Shown here: positions 15,504 through 23,845 of the stretch, in pieces
Layout of the letters: each line of letters starts with the position of its first letter
Position numbering within the stretch: position 1 is the first letter of the stretch
Assembly: GCA_043743855.1 (NCBI GenBank)
Contig: JAYTVU010000050.1
Location: 1 to 46,953 of the forward strand
Origin: a bacterium
GTDB lineage: Bacteria; Patescibacteriota; Saccharimonadia; Saccharimonadales; Saccharimonadaceae
Length of the DNA: 46,953 bases
Reading direction: 5' to 3'
Program-made: the position numbers and the translations under genes
The notes under the pieces: model-generated
Database searches by the model: none
What the model was told of the DNA's origin: nothing
Seen by the model: only the letters and a program-made list of their open reading frames with translations

Positions 15504-17639
15504 ATGGGTCAACAAAGACTCGCTAACGTCCAAAGTGACGATCCAAGCAAACGGCCGAATCAACAATATCGGCAAAAATCAAACAACACAGTCCTAAATA
15601 ACACGACCACCCGAAAGGGCGAGGCGTATCGGGCTCAACGTCGTACCAGCGAAAACGTCAATCAGCGTGCATCACAACATGTCATTAATATTCCTGTCAA
15701 TAAATCTAAATATAACGGATATGACGGTCGGCAATTTAGCCCAGTCGATCAAAAAAAGCAGCCACATTTTAATGGTCCCAAACTAAGGGTTATCCCTATC
15801 GGGGGCTTGGGCGAAATGGGCATCGGCAAAAACATGATGGCGATTGAATACGATAATGACATTATTATTATCGACTGTGGATTCTTATTCCCCGGTGTAG
15901 ATTATCCCGGCATCAATTACATCACGCCTGACGTAACATACCTAGAAGAGAATAAACACAAGATTCGTGCGATGATTTTTACTCATGCCCATCTGGACCA
16001 CATCGGTGCTTTCCGACATATTGCAGCCAAACTTCCTGCGCCAGTTTATGCTACCAAGTTTACGGTTGGTATGTTAAAGCGAACCATGGAAGAATCGCCG
16101 GATGATTACGAGCCGGTTTATAATGAAGTTAACCCTGATACTCACGAACGTGTCCAGATTGGTGATAACTTTAGTATCGAGTTTATCCGCGTGCCACACT
16201 CTACACCAGACTGTGCTGCAGTTGTGATTCGTACGCCACTTGGCGTTCTGGTTCATAGTGGTGACTGGCGATTCGAGGAAGAGCCAGTTGATGGTCGAAA
16301 ATTTGATATCGAACGATTGACTGAAATCGCCACCAAAGAAGGCATTTTGATGTTCATGAACGAATCGACTAATGCCGAAATCAGTGGCACACATGTTCAT
16401 GGTGAATTCGATATTCAGCATAGTATGGGCCAAGTCATGGAAAAATATCCGAACAATCGTCTGATTCTGAGTTGTTTCAGCAGCCATATCTATCGTATGC
16501 AAATCATCCTAGATGAGGCCAAAAAACACGATCGCAAAGTTGCATTTGCAGGTTACAGTATTATCCAAACTCTCGAGGTCGCGCTTCGCACCGGTACTTT
16601 GAAAGTTCCCAAGGATGTTGTCGTCAAGATGGAGGACATCATTAAACTGCCCGACGGTAAAGTCACAATCATTTGTACTGGTTCACAAGGTGAATTTAAT
16701 GCCGTGCTTAACCGTATGGCCAGTGGTAGCCACAAGTTTATCAAGATTAAAAATACTGATGTTATCGTCTTTAGCTCGAACGCAATTCCTGGCAACGAAA
16801 AGTTTGTCACCAGGACTGTTGACGGTCTAATGCGGGAGGGCAGTGATGTTATTCAAAATGGTAAAACGCATTTAACAGGTATCGGGCCACTTCACATATC
16901 TGGCCATGCCTACTACGATGATCACGCCAAACTAATTGCGGCGGTTAACCCGACTTACTATATGCCAATCCACGGTGAATTCCATATGTTAGTCCATAAC
17001 GCGGGTATTGCCGAAAATGTTGTTGGTATCAAGCGCGAAAATATTTTTGTGTGCGATAGTGGTGATGTAATCGAAATTACTAGCGAAGGTGCTAAAAAGG
17101 CCGGCCGAATTCCAGTCGGCGGTACTATGTATGATGATAGTGGTGCAATTGTGTCCGAAGTCGTGTTAAAGGACCGTATTCACATGGCGAGTGAAGGCAT
17201 GTTTGTGGTTGTCCTGACTATTCAGCGCGGTAGTGGACGACTAATGACCAGCCCGGATATCATTAGTCGCGGCTTTATTTACCTGCGTGACAGCGAAGAA
17301 TTGATGGGTATGATTCGTCAGTATTTAAAGCAAAAAGTTGCTAGGTCTTTTTCGGGCAAACATGTTGATTTAGATGCTATCAAAAAAGAGTTAAAAGAAG
17401 AAATCACTCACATTCTTTACGATCAAACTAGGCGCACCCCAATTGTTATCCCAGTCATTAATGAAATTGGTGGCGGAGTTGGCCCAAGGGGACCAGTCCA
17501 ACCCGTTGTTGATCAGGTTAAAACAGCCCCAATTGCACGTCCGGTTGCTCAACCTGTTTTGAATACATTCCCCAACCCACAGGCCCCAGATTCTGAGGCT
17601 AATGAGCCACGCATTCAGTCGTACTATCGTGGCTACTAA
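15504..17639 (+). CDS. rnj: Ribonuclease J with low-complexity N- and C-terminal extensions
   Basis: It carries the metallo-beta-lactamase motif THAHLDHIGA, a beta-CASP region and an RNase J C-terminal domain. An AAGGAG SD lies upstream. The product is 711 aa, against roughly 555 aa for typical RNase J by my recollection. Confidence 0.93.
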   Translation: MGQQRLANVQSDDPSKRPNQQYRQKSNNTVLNNTTTRKGEAYRAQRRTSENVNQRASQHVINIPVNKSKYNGYDGRQFSPVDQKKQPHFNGPKLRVIPIGGLGEMGIGKNMMAIEYDNDIIIIDCGFLFPGVDYPGINYITPDVTYLEENKHKIRAMIFTHAHLDHIGAFRHIAAKLPAPVYATKFTVGMLKRTMEESPDDYEPVYNEVNPDTHERVQIGDNFSIEFIRVPHSTPDCAAVVIRTPLGVLVHSGDWRFEEEPVDGRKFDIERLTEIATKEGILMFMNESTNAEISGTHVHGEFDIQHSMGQVMEKYPNNRLILSCFSSHIYRMQIILDEAKKHDRKVAFAGYSIIQTLEVALRTGTLKVPKDVVVKMEDIIKLPDGKVTIICTGSQGEFNAVLNRMASGSHKFIKIKNTDVIVFSSNAIPGNEKFVTRTVDGLMREGSDVIQNGKTHLTGIGPLHISGHAYYDDHAKLIAAVNPTYYMPIHGEFHMLVHNAGIAENVVGIKRENIFVCDSGDVIEITSEGAKKAGRIPVGGTMYDDSGAIVSEVVLKDRIHMASEGMFVVVLTIQRGSGRLMTSPDIISRGFIYLRDSEELMGMIRQYLKQKVARSFSGKHVDLDAIKKELKEEITHILYDQTRRTPIVIPVINEIGGGVGPRGPVQPVVDQVKTAPIARPVAQPVLNTFPNPQAPDSEANEPRIQSYYRGY

Positions 17640-17650
17640 GCTTAAGCCAC

Positions 17651-17679
17651 TTGCAAAATGTAGTAAAATTTGCTATAAT
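17651..17679 (+). promoter_or_regulatory. Near-consensus promoter TTGCAA-17 nt-TGcTATAAT
   Basis: The -35 box is at 17651-17656 and the -10 at 17674-17679, preceded by TGc, with an exact 17-nt spacer. Confidence 0.65.
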
Positions 17680-17721
17680 GCAAGCGTGTGAGCAAGTAAA
17701 ATGTGCTTGCATATTTTATTT
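17678..17721 (+). terminator. Hairpin plus U-rich tract immediately downstream of the promoter (candidate attenuator or 3' end of a short RNA)
   Basis: The 8-bp stem is ATGCAAGC(17678-17685)/GCTTGCAT(17705-17712). An alternative 5-bp stem is GCAAG(17692-17696)/CTTGC(17706-17710). ATATTTTATTT follows. Confidence 0.35.
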
Positions 17722-17807
17722 CGAACCCGTGCAGCATTATATTTTAATTTATCAAAATATAATATGCTATAAAAACAACCAAAAACAGCTTATAATGTAA
17801 GGTAGTT

Positions 17808-20072
17808 ATGGCAAAAAGAAAAAAAATATTTCGAAAAAAAAGATCGACTAGGTCAGTCAGGCCTACGCCTCAGCACGATTTGCCGAATGGTTTTTGGCCA
17901 CAAGTCAGTGCTTTATTCTTGATTGCCATATCTATTATGTTTATTGTTACCTGGTTTAATGCCGGTGGGCCAGTCCTAGAGTGGATGTATTCTGCAACTA
18001 CTGCCGGAATAGGTTATGCGGTTTATATTTTGCCAGCCTTATTAATATATATAGCTGTCGAGATATTTAGGGCCGAGGATAACCATATTCCACTAGCTAT
18101 GAAACTTGCCACCGCTTCGGCTATTTTGTGGTTTTCAGCTCTGTTCGGGCTACTTAAAACCGCTGGCGGACAAACGACAGGTGGCGCTATCGGCGATTTA
18201 ATTAATCGTGGCATGTTGTCCCTAGTAAATTCCAGTATTGCCGCATTTATATATATACTTTTAATTGCAGTTACATTGTTATTTATCTTTAGGATATCGC
18301 CATTTACAGTGATTAAAAAGATATGGGATTTGGGCAGGCGTGACGCATCCGACCAAGAAGCCAACGTCAAAGTTATGCGTAATGCCGCAGCGATTGATAG
18401 TGTTGATTCAGGCGTAAGCGGCAGCTTCAAACTGAATGCGAGTGTACCAACCCTCAGCACCAGCGAAATGGCTGCAGCCGATAAAAAATCTAGGCAAGCT
18501 AACCAAAAGGGTGGTTTGCGTGACAAGTCTAGCGAAGAACAGTCAGCCCTAGTTACAGTCAGTGATCCAAACTGGGTTGCCCCAAGTATTGATTTGCTTG
18601 AAAAGAAACAATCGCCAGCTGATGCCGGTGATATTCAACAAAATGCTGCAATTATCAAAAATACACTAAGTGAATTTGATATCGACGTCGAGATGGAAGG
18701 TGCTAACATCGGGCCGAGGGTAACACAGTTCACTCTAAAACCACCTAGTGGCGTCAAATTAGCCCGTATTACCGCCCTAGAAACTAATATTGCCTTGAAC
18801 CTGGCAGCCCAAAGCCTGCGTATGGAAGCGCCGATCCCAGGTCAGCGAGCTGTTGGTATCGAAGTCCCGAACCGAAAAGCAGCCGATGTTCGTTTGTATT
18901 CTATTTTATCCAGTCCAGAGTGGGAAAAGAAAACTCAACCACTTTCATTTGCAATCGGTAAGGATATTGCCGGTGACGTTATTATTGGTCAACTTAATAA
19001 AATGCCACATTTGCTGATTGCTGGCCAAACTGGCTCGGGTAAGTCTGTCATGATTAATACTCTGCTTACTAGCTTGCTGTATCATAATAGCCCAAGTGAT
19101 TTGAAATTGATTCTAGTCGATCCAAAACAAGTCGAGATGTCGTCGTACGAAGATATTCCACATCTGTTGACGCCAATAATCACTGAACCAGAAAAGATGA
19201 TAAGTGCCCTTAGGTGGGCCGTCAACGAGATGCAAAGTCGTTACACTTTATTGGCCGAAAACAAGGTTAAAGATATTGAAAGCTACAATAATAAAGTTCG
19301 ATCAAACGGCACAAAGATTAGTGTGGCTGACGAGGATGGCATTCCGCAAGAACACGAAAATGGTGCTATGCCAAATATTGTTATTGTGATTGACGAGCTA
19401 GCGGAACTCATGATGACCGCACCAAAGGATGTTGAAGCCTTGATTGTACGTCTTGCCCAAAAAGCTCGAGCCGTTGGTATTCACCTGGTACTTGCCACTC
19501 AGCGACCTGACGCCAATGTTATCACTGGTCTAATTAAGGCCAATGTCCCAGCCAAGATTGCCTTTACTGTATCAACCCAGGTTAACAGCCGAATTATCTT
19601 GGACGAAATTGGTGCCGAAAAACTGTTAGGTTCGGGCGACATGTTATTCAGGACTGCCGAAATGGGCAAGCCAAAACGTGTTCAGGGCGCATACGTCAGT
19701 GACCCCGAAATTCATAAAATTACTGATCATCTGCGCATGCAGTCGCCACCACAATATAATGATGAAGTCGTTAGCCAACCTGTGCATTTAAATGGCAAAG
19801 GTGGAGTTGTGATGGACTTTGACAGTAGTAATGATGATGCTCTATTCAAAGATGCAGTTAGGGTAGTGATTGATAGTGGCAAAGCTAGTGCTAGTTTATT
19901 GCAACGACGTCTGCGGGTTGGTTATGCCCGTGCAGCTAGAATAATCGAGGATATGGAAAATCAAGGTATCGTTGGTCCAGCTGATGGCGCTAGGCCGCGT
20001 GAAGTTTTGATTAATAGTTTTGATGAACTGGGTGGCGGTTCGGCCGACGATGAATTTTACGACGAACTCTAG
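17808..20072 (+). CDS. ftsK: DNA translocase FtsK
   Basis: It has N-terminal TM helices, a linker, a motor domain with Walker A GQTGSGKS and Walker B IVIVIDELA, and a C-terminal gamma winged helix (LLQRRLRVGYARAARIIEDME). Confidence 0.95.
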   Translation: MAKRKKIFRKKRSTRSVRPTPQHDLPNGFWPQVSALFLIAISIMFIVTWFNAGGPVLEWMYSATTAGIGYAVYILPALLIYIAVEIFRAEDNHIPLAMKLATASAILWFSALFGLLKTAGGQTTGGAIGDLINRGMLSLVNSSIAAFIYILLIAVTLLFIFRISPFTVIKKIWDLGRRDASDQEANVKVMRNAAAIDSVDSGVSGSFKLNASVPTLSTSEMAAADKKSRQANQKGGLRDKSSEEQSALVTVSDPNWVAPSIDLLEKKQSPADAGDIQQNAAIIKNTLSEFDIDVEMEGANIGPRVTQFTLKPPSGVKLARITALETNIALNLAAQSLRMEAPIPGQRAVGIEVPNRKAADVRLYSILSSPEWEKKTQPLSFAIGKDIAGDVIIGQLNKMPHLLIAGQTGSGKSVMINTLLTSLLYHNSPSDLKLILVDPKQVEMSSYEDIPHLLTPIITEPEKMISALRWAVNEMQSRYTLLAENKVKDIESYNNKVRSNGTKISVADEDGIPQEHENGAMPNIVIVIDELAELMMTAPKDVEALIVRLAQKARAVGIHLVLATQRPDANVITGLIKANVPAKIAFTVSTQVNSRIILDEIGAEKLLGSGDMLFRTAEMGKPKRVQGAYVSDPEIHKITDHLRMQSPPQYNDEVVSQPVHLNGKGGVVMDFDSSNDDALFKDAVRVVIDSGKASASLLQRRLRVGYARAARIIEDMENQGIVGPADGARPREVLINSFDELGGGSADDEFYDEL

Positions 20073-20089
20073 ATTTATCTCTGGGACAA

Positions 20090-20098
20090 TGTTATAAT
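20090..20098 (+). promoter_or_regulatory. Extended -10 TGtTATAAT for the rpsF-ssb-rpsR operon
   Basis: TGTTATAAT lies about 70 nt upstream of the rpsF ATG. The leader ends in a GGAGG SD. Confidence 0.5.
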
Positions 20099-20169
20099 AC
20101 TAGTTGTTATCAACTCGGCTTGCGCTTCGACGTAAGCATCCAAAAGGATTCCAGAGGAGGAAATCTATT

Positions 20170-20526
20170 ATGAAGGAATATGAACTAACCGTTCTTATCC
20201 ATCCCGACCTAGAGGTCGATATTGAAACACCGCTGACTAAAGTTCGCGGCATTATTACATCGGCTGGTGGCAAAATTGTTACCGAAGATAATTGGGGCAA
20301 AAAGAAACTTGCCTACCGCATCAAAAACGAGGACTTTGCAGTCTACGTATATTTTGACGTATCGTTGCCTTCTGACGCGCCTCTAAAAATTAGCAATACC
20401 CTTAATATTACTGACGAAGTATTGCGTTATTTGCTTGTCACTGTTGACGAAAAAGGCCGCAGGGCTCTAGAAGAAGCAAAAGTAAACGCGTCTACGTCTA
20501 GCGAAGACGCAGTCGTAGAGGAGTAA
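20170..20526 (+). CDS. rpsF: 30S ribosomal protein S6
   Basis: MKEYELTVLIHPDLE is a typical S6 N-terminus. A GGAGG SD lies 8 nt upstream. The longer ORF from 20104 adds a basic non-conserved extension and is unlikely. Confidence 0.93.
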   Translation: MKEYELTVLIHPDLEVDIETPLTKVRGIITSAGGKIVTEDNWGKKKLAYRIKNEDFAVYVYFDVSLPSDAPLKISNTLNITDEVLRYLLVTVDEKGRRALEEAKVNASTSSEDAVVEE

Positions 20527-20530
20527 CGAT

Positions 20531-20986
20531 ATGGCAAAAGGTTTCAACAAAGTAATCTTGATGGGTAATTTGACCCGTGATCCCGAAACTAAAACAACTT
20601 CCAGTGGGCAGAGTGTTACTAACTTTAGCCTAGCCGTTAACCGTACCTGGAAAGGTGCTGATGGTACTCAACAAGAACAAGTTAGTTATATCAACTGTGT
20701 TGCTTGGGGTAAAACTGGCGAAGTTATCGCCCAATACATCACCAAAGGCAGCCCACTACTAGTTAGCGGACGACTTGACCAACGCAGTTGGGATGACAAA
20801 GAATCAGGTCAAAAACGCTCTACCGTTGAAGTTGTTGTCGAAGACTTTAACTTTGTTGGTGGCGGACGCAGTAGTGATGACAGCGGTTCAGACCGTGCCC
20901 CCGCAGCCAAATCCAAGAAAACCGAAGATGTCGTTATAGAAGACATCGATGATAAACCAATTGATTTAAGTGAAATTCCATTCTAG
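20531..20986 (+). CDS. ssb: Single-stranded DNA-binding protein
   Basis: It has an OB fold (NKVILMGNLTRDPE...LVSGRLDQRSW) and an acidic C-terminal tip DLSEIPF. Confidence 0.95.
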   Translation: MAKGFNKVILMGNLTRDPETKTTSSGQSVTNFSLAVNRTWKGADGTQQEQVSYINCVAWGKTGEVIAQYITKGSPLLVSGRLDQRSWDDKESGQKRSTVEVVVEDFNFVGGGRSSDDSGSDRAPAAKSKKTEDVVIEDIDDKPIDLSEIPF

Positions 20987-21004
20987 GAATATTAGGAGAT
21001 AACT

Positions 21005-21208
21005 ATGGCATTAAAACGATTTAAAAAAGACACACCAGTATATTTTGACTACAAAGATGTCAGAACTTTGCAACGATTTGTAGACATTTACGGACAGATT
21101 AAACAAATTGGTAAAACCGGCCTTAGTGCTAAACAGCAACGTCAGCTGGCGGTTGCTATCAAACGTGCTCGTCATTTGGCTATGTTGCCATTTGTAACTC
21201 AAGGATAA
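21005..21208 (+). CDS. rpsR: 30S ribosomal protein S18
   Basis: The 67-aa product carries the S18 signature ([12 protein letters not shown]...[25 protein letters not shown]). An AGGAG SD is present. Confidence 0.95.
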   Translation: MALKRFKKDTPVYFDYKDVRTLQRFVDIYGQIKQIGKTGLSAKQQRQLAVAIKRARHLAMLPFVTQG

Positions 21209-21212
21209 AGAA

Positions 21213-21776
21213 ATGGCTTATCAGCCAACCGATTTAAAAAAAGGTGTTGTCGTTCAAATTGATGGCAAGCCTTTTAAGGTTATTGAATATAATCAAAAAG
21301 TTATGGGCCGCGGTGGTAGCATCGTCAACGTTAAAATCAAGAATCTGATTGATGGAAGTGTTATTCCCAAAACCTTTAAAGGTCAAGAAAAGATTGAATC
21401 AGCCGAAGTCACAAATGTCTCAGTTCAATATTTATATGCTGATGGATCCGGTTTTCATTTTATGGATCCGGAAACTTTCGAGCAGTTTCAGCTGTCGGCA
21501 GATATCGTTGAGGGTGTTACTGGCTTTTTAAAAGAAGGTGAAAATGTCACCTTGCAATTATTTAACGGCAATATAATTAACGTTGAACTACCCAAAAATA
21601 TATATTTGGAAGTTACATATACTGAAAATGTCGTCAAAGGCGACACCAGCAGTAGCGTCCTAAAAGACGCCAAAACCGAGACCGGCTTGGTCGTGAAAGT
21701 ACCGGCTTTTATAAAAAATGGTGACGTAATAAGTGTTAGCACTGAGGACGGAAGCTATCGTGAGCGCAGAAAGTGA
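21213..21776 (+). CDS. efp: Translation elongation factor P (Arg at the loop-tip position)
   Basis: The 187-aa product is collinear with EF-P throughout. The loop reads KVMGRGGSIV where E. coli has KPGKGQAF. Confidence 0.93.
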   Translation: MAYQPTDLKKGVVVQIDGKPFKVIEYNQKVMGRGGSIVNVKIKNLIDGSVIPKTFKGQEKIESAEVTNVSVQYLYADGSGFHFMDPETFEQFQLSADIVEGVTGFLKEGENVTLQLFNGNIINVELPKNIYLEVTYTENVVKGDTSSSVLKDAKTETGLVVKVPAFIKNGDVISVSTEDGSYRERRK

Positions 21777-22359
21777 GCCTGTAAAGGCTATAGCCGGCGA
21801 TAGGCAAGTCGACAAATATTTATTGACGGCATCATTGGTGCCGACAGAATTAGGTGCCGAATTTTCGAAATTACCACCCCATATAACTGTTTTGCCACCT
21901 TTTTTTATGTACAATTCACAGAAGGATAGTTTTGACAGATCTTTCTCGGAAATAGCCGAAGAAAATTTGCCTTTTACAATTCATGCTTGCCAGCCTGAAT
22001 TATTTGGTCACGATAATGACCTAAAAGTACTGCCAATATCAGGTGTATTTGGGTCGGTCTTTATAGGGGCCTCAGTTTTGGCAAAAGAAATGAATTTACC
22101 ATATGACGATACTTATCACTACCGGGCTTATTTACGCGATGACAGCCAGGCGATGTCGTTCGGAACCGGCGAAGAGGTCTCTACGTGTGGTAACGAAATA
22201 GTATATGAGTCCAATAATCCTCATGTAACAGATTACGAGGGCATTATCGAGCCAATAGAAACTATGAGATTATACGAAATACAACTGTTTTGTTATCAAG
22301 CTATGAAAAAGGTTGTCTCAATATATAGGGCAGATGGTTACAGATATGCCCAAGAATAG
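21760..22359 (+). CDS. 2H phosphoesterase (LigT-like) family protein, putative
   Basis: There are two HxT motifs (HITV and HVTD) about 120 aa apart. The start is uncertain: GTG 21733 or GTG 21760, both overlapping the efp 3' end. Confidence 0.45.
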   Translation: MSAESEPVKAIAGDRQVDKYLLTASLVPTELGAEFSKLPPHITVLPPFFMYNSQKDSFDRSFSEIAEENLPFTIHACQPELFGHDNDLKVLPISGVFGSVFIGASVLAKEMNLPYDDTYHYRAYLRDDSQAMSFGTGEEVSTCGNEIVYESNNPHVTDYEGIIEPIETMRLYEIQLFCYQAMKKVVSIYRADGYRYAQE

Positions 22360-23092
22360 ATTAGATCATGAACTAGTAAGTAGGGGTTTGGTCACAACAC
22401 GCAGCCAAGCAGAGAATTATATTAAGTTAGGTAAAGTAGTGGTCAACGGTCGTGTGCTTAATAAATCTGGTCATTTTGTTGATACAAATACCGAAATTAA
22501 GCTGACGGCCGAAGAGCAATATGTCAGTCGCGCCGGGCTAAAACTGGCTTCAGTTGCTGATGTTTTAAAACTTAGTTTCAAAGACAAAATTGTCCTAGAT
22601 GTTGGTAGTAGCACTGGCGGGTTCACTGATTATGCACTTCGTCACGGGGCAAAAAAAGTTTATGCGGTTGATGTCGGTACAGACCAACTGCATCCAAGTT
22701 TGCGCCGTAATAAACGAATCGAACTACACGAAAAAACTGATATTCGCGATTTTTATACAAAATTAATGCCGAATATTATAGTCATTGACGTGTCATTTAT
22801 TAGTCTTCGTGAAATTTTGCCACATATATATAATTATCTGTCTGATTTGAATACTCAGATTGTCGCTATGGTTAAACCGCAGTTCGAAGCTGGTCCTGGA
22901 CAAACAAACAAGGGGATTATAAAAAATGATTCGATGCGTCGGCAAATTTTGCGAGATTTTGAGGATTGGTCACGAAATTATTTTGTGATTGTTGATAAAC
23001 GCGATAGTGACGTGGCGGGTGCAAAAGGCAACCAAGAACGATTCTATCTCCTAAAACAAACAAAAAATCATCCAGGGTTGGACCTTGGATAA
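22346..23092 (+). CDS. tlyA: TlyA-family rRNA (cytidine-2'-O)-methyltransferase
   Basis: It has an S4 domain (RLDHELVSRGLVTTRSQAENYIKLGKVVVNG), a SAM motif LDVGSSTGGFTDYAL and a C-terminal GAKGNQERFYLL. ATG 22346 is preferred over the ORF start at 22313. Confidence 0.9.
   Translation: MPKNRLDHELVSRGLVTTRSQAENYIKLGKVVVNGRVLNKSGHFVDTNTEIKLTAEEQYVSRAGLKLASVADVLKLSFKDKIVLDVGSSTGGFTDYALRHGAKKVYAVDVGTDQLHPSLRRNKRIELHEKTDIRDFYTKLMPNIIVIDVSFISLREILPHIYNYLSDLNTQIVAMVKPQFEAGPGQTNKGIIKNDSMRRQILRDFEDWSRNYFVIVDKRDSDVAGAKGNQERFYLLKQTKNHPGLDLG
23072..23092 (+). repeat. Left copy of the 21-nt hairpin repeat CCAgGGTTGGACCTTGGATaA
   Basis: It is an imperfect palindrome CCAGGGT-TGG-ACCTTGG. It lies inside the last 7 codons of tlyA and includes the stop codon. 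Confidence 0.8.
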
Positions 23093-23214
23093 GCGCATAT
23101 TAAGTTAATAATAATTTACTGATAAAAACGACAGGTTCAGAATCAGTTTTGGATGATTTGTGAACAATTATAATGCGATTGAAGAAAACTTATAAATTAC
23201 TGTATTATACATAT

Positions 23215-23823
23215 ATGCCGAGTCGCAATATCGTGAAAGTCTACGATTCGAACGCGTATTACCACGTCTACAATCGGGGTGTTGAAAAACGTAAAATTTT
23301 TCTGGATGATCAGGATTATGCAGTATTTGTCAGTCTTTTAAAGCGTTATTTAAGTGATAAACAAGCCCTAGATAGTCGAGGTCGTGAGTATTTATCCCTT
23401 GCAGGTAAGGTCGAGGTGGTAGCTTTCTGTTTAATGCCTAACCATTTTCATATCTTGCTTTATCAAATCGAATTAGGTGCGGCAACACAACTATTGCGAG
23501 CAGTCTGTTCGTCTTATGTCACGTATTTTAACAGTAAATACAACCGAGTAGGGGCATTATTCCAGGGAAACTTTAAAGCCGTTCGAGTGAACAGCGATAA
23601 CTATTTGTCATATTTGACACGTTACATTCATTGTAACCCAGACAATTATTTAAATTACGAATGGTCTAGTTTGGATTATTGGCTAGGAAACAGGACTGCT
23701 TCATGGCTGAACGATAGGGCCTTGAATGACATGTCACCAAAGGAATATATGGCATTCATTAAAGATGAAGAAAAGCTCGATTCTACGATGGAAAACATGT
23801 CAGAAATCTTATTTGATTATTAG
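23215..23823 (+). CDS. Y1 HUH transposase (IS200-like / REP-associated tyrosine transposase family)
   Basis: It carries the HUH motif (LMPNHFHILL), a C-terminal catalytic Tyr helix (YLTRYIHCNP) and an N-terminal YHVYNRG. TATTAT lies 6 nt upstream of ATG 23215. Confidence 0.85.
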   Translation: MPSRNIVKVYDSNAYYHVYNRGVEKRKIFLDDQDYAVFVSLLKRYLSDKQALDSRGREYLSLAGKVEVVAFCLMPNHFHILLYQIELGAATQLLRAVCSSYVTYFNSKYNRVGALFQGNFKAVRVNSDNYLSYLTRYIHCNPDNYLNYEWSSLDYWLGNRTASWLNDRALNDMSPKEYMAFIKDEEKLDSTMENMSEILFDY

Positions 23824-23845
23824 TAGTAACTGAATTATACATTAA

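Noticed and set aside
20104-20169. Longer N-terminal extensions offered by the ORF track for rpsF (20104), tlyA (22313), the transposase (23173), ORF 24916, pilM (27373), pilO (29116), the SurA-like gene (41144), fpg (5825) and polA (1631).
   Set aside because: The conserved protein N-termini begin at internal ATGs (MKEYELTV, MPKNRLDHE, MPSRNIV, MAILKGL, MPELPEV and so on). These ATGs are preceded by an SD or a correctly spaced -10 box. The extensions overlap upstream genes or promoters.
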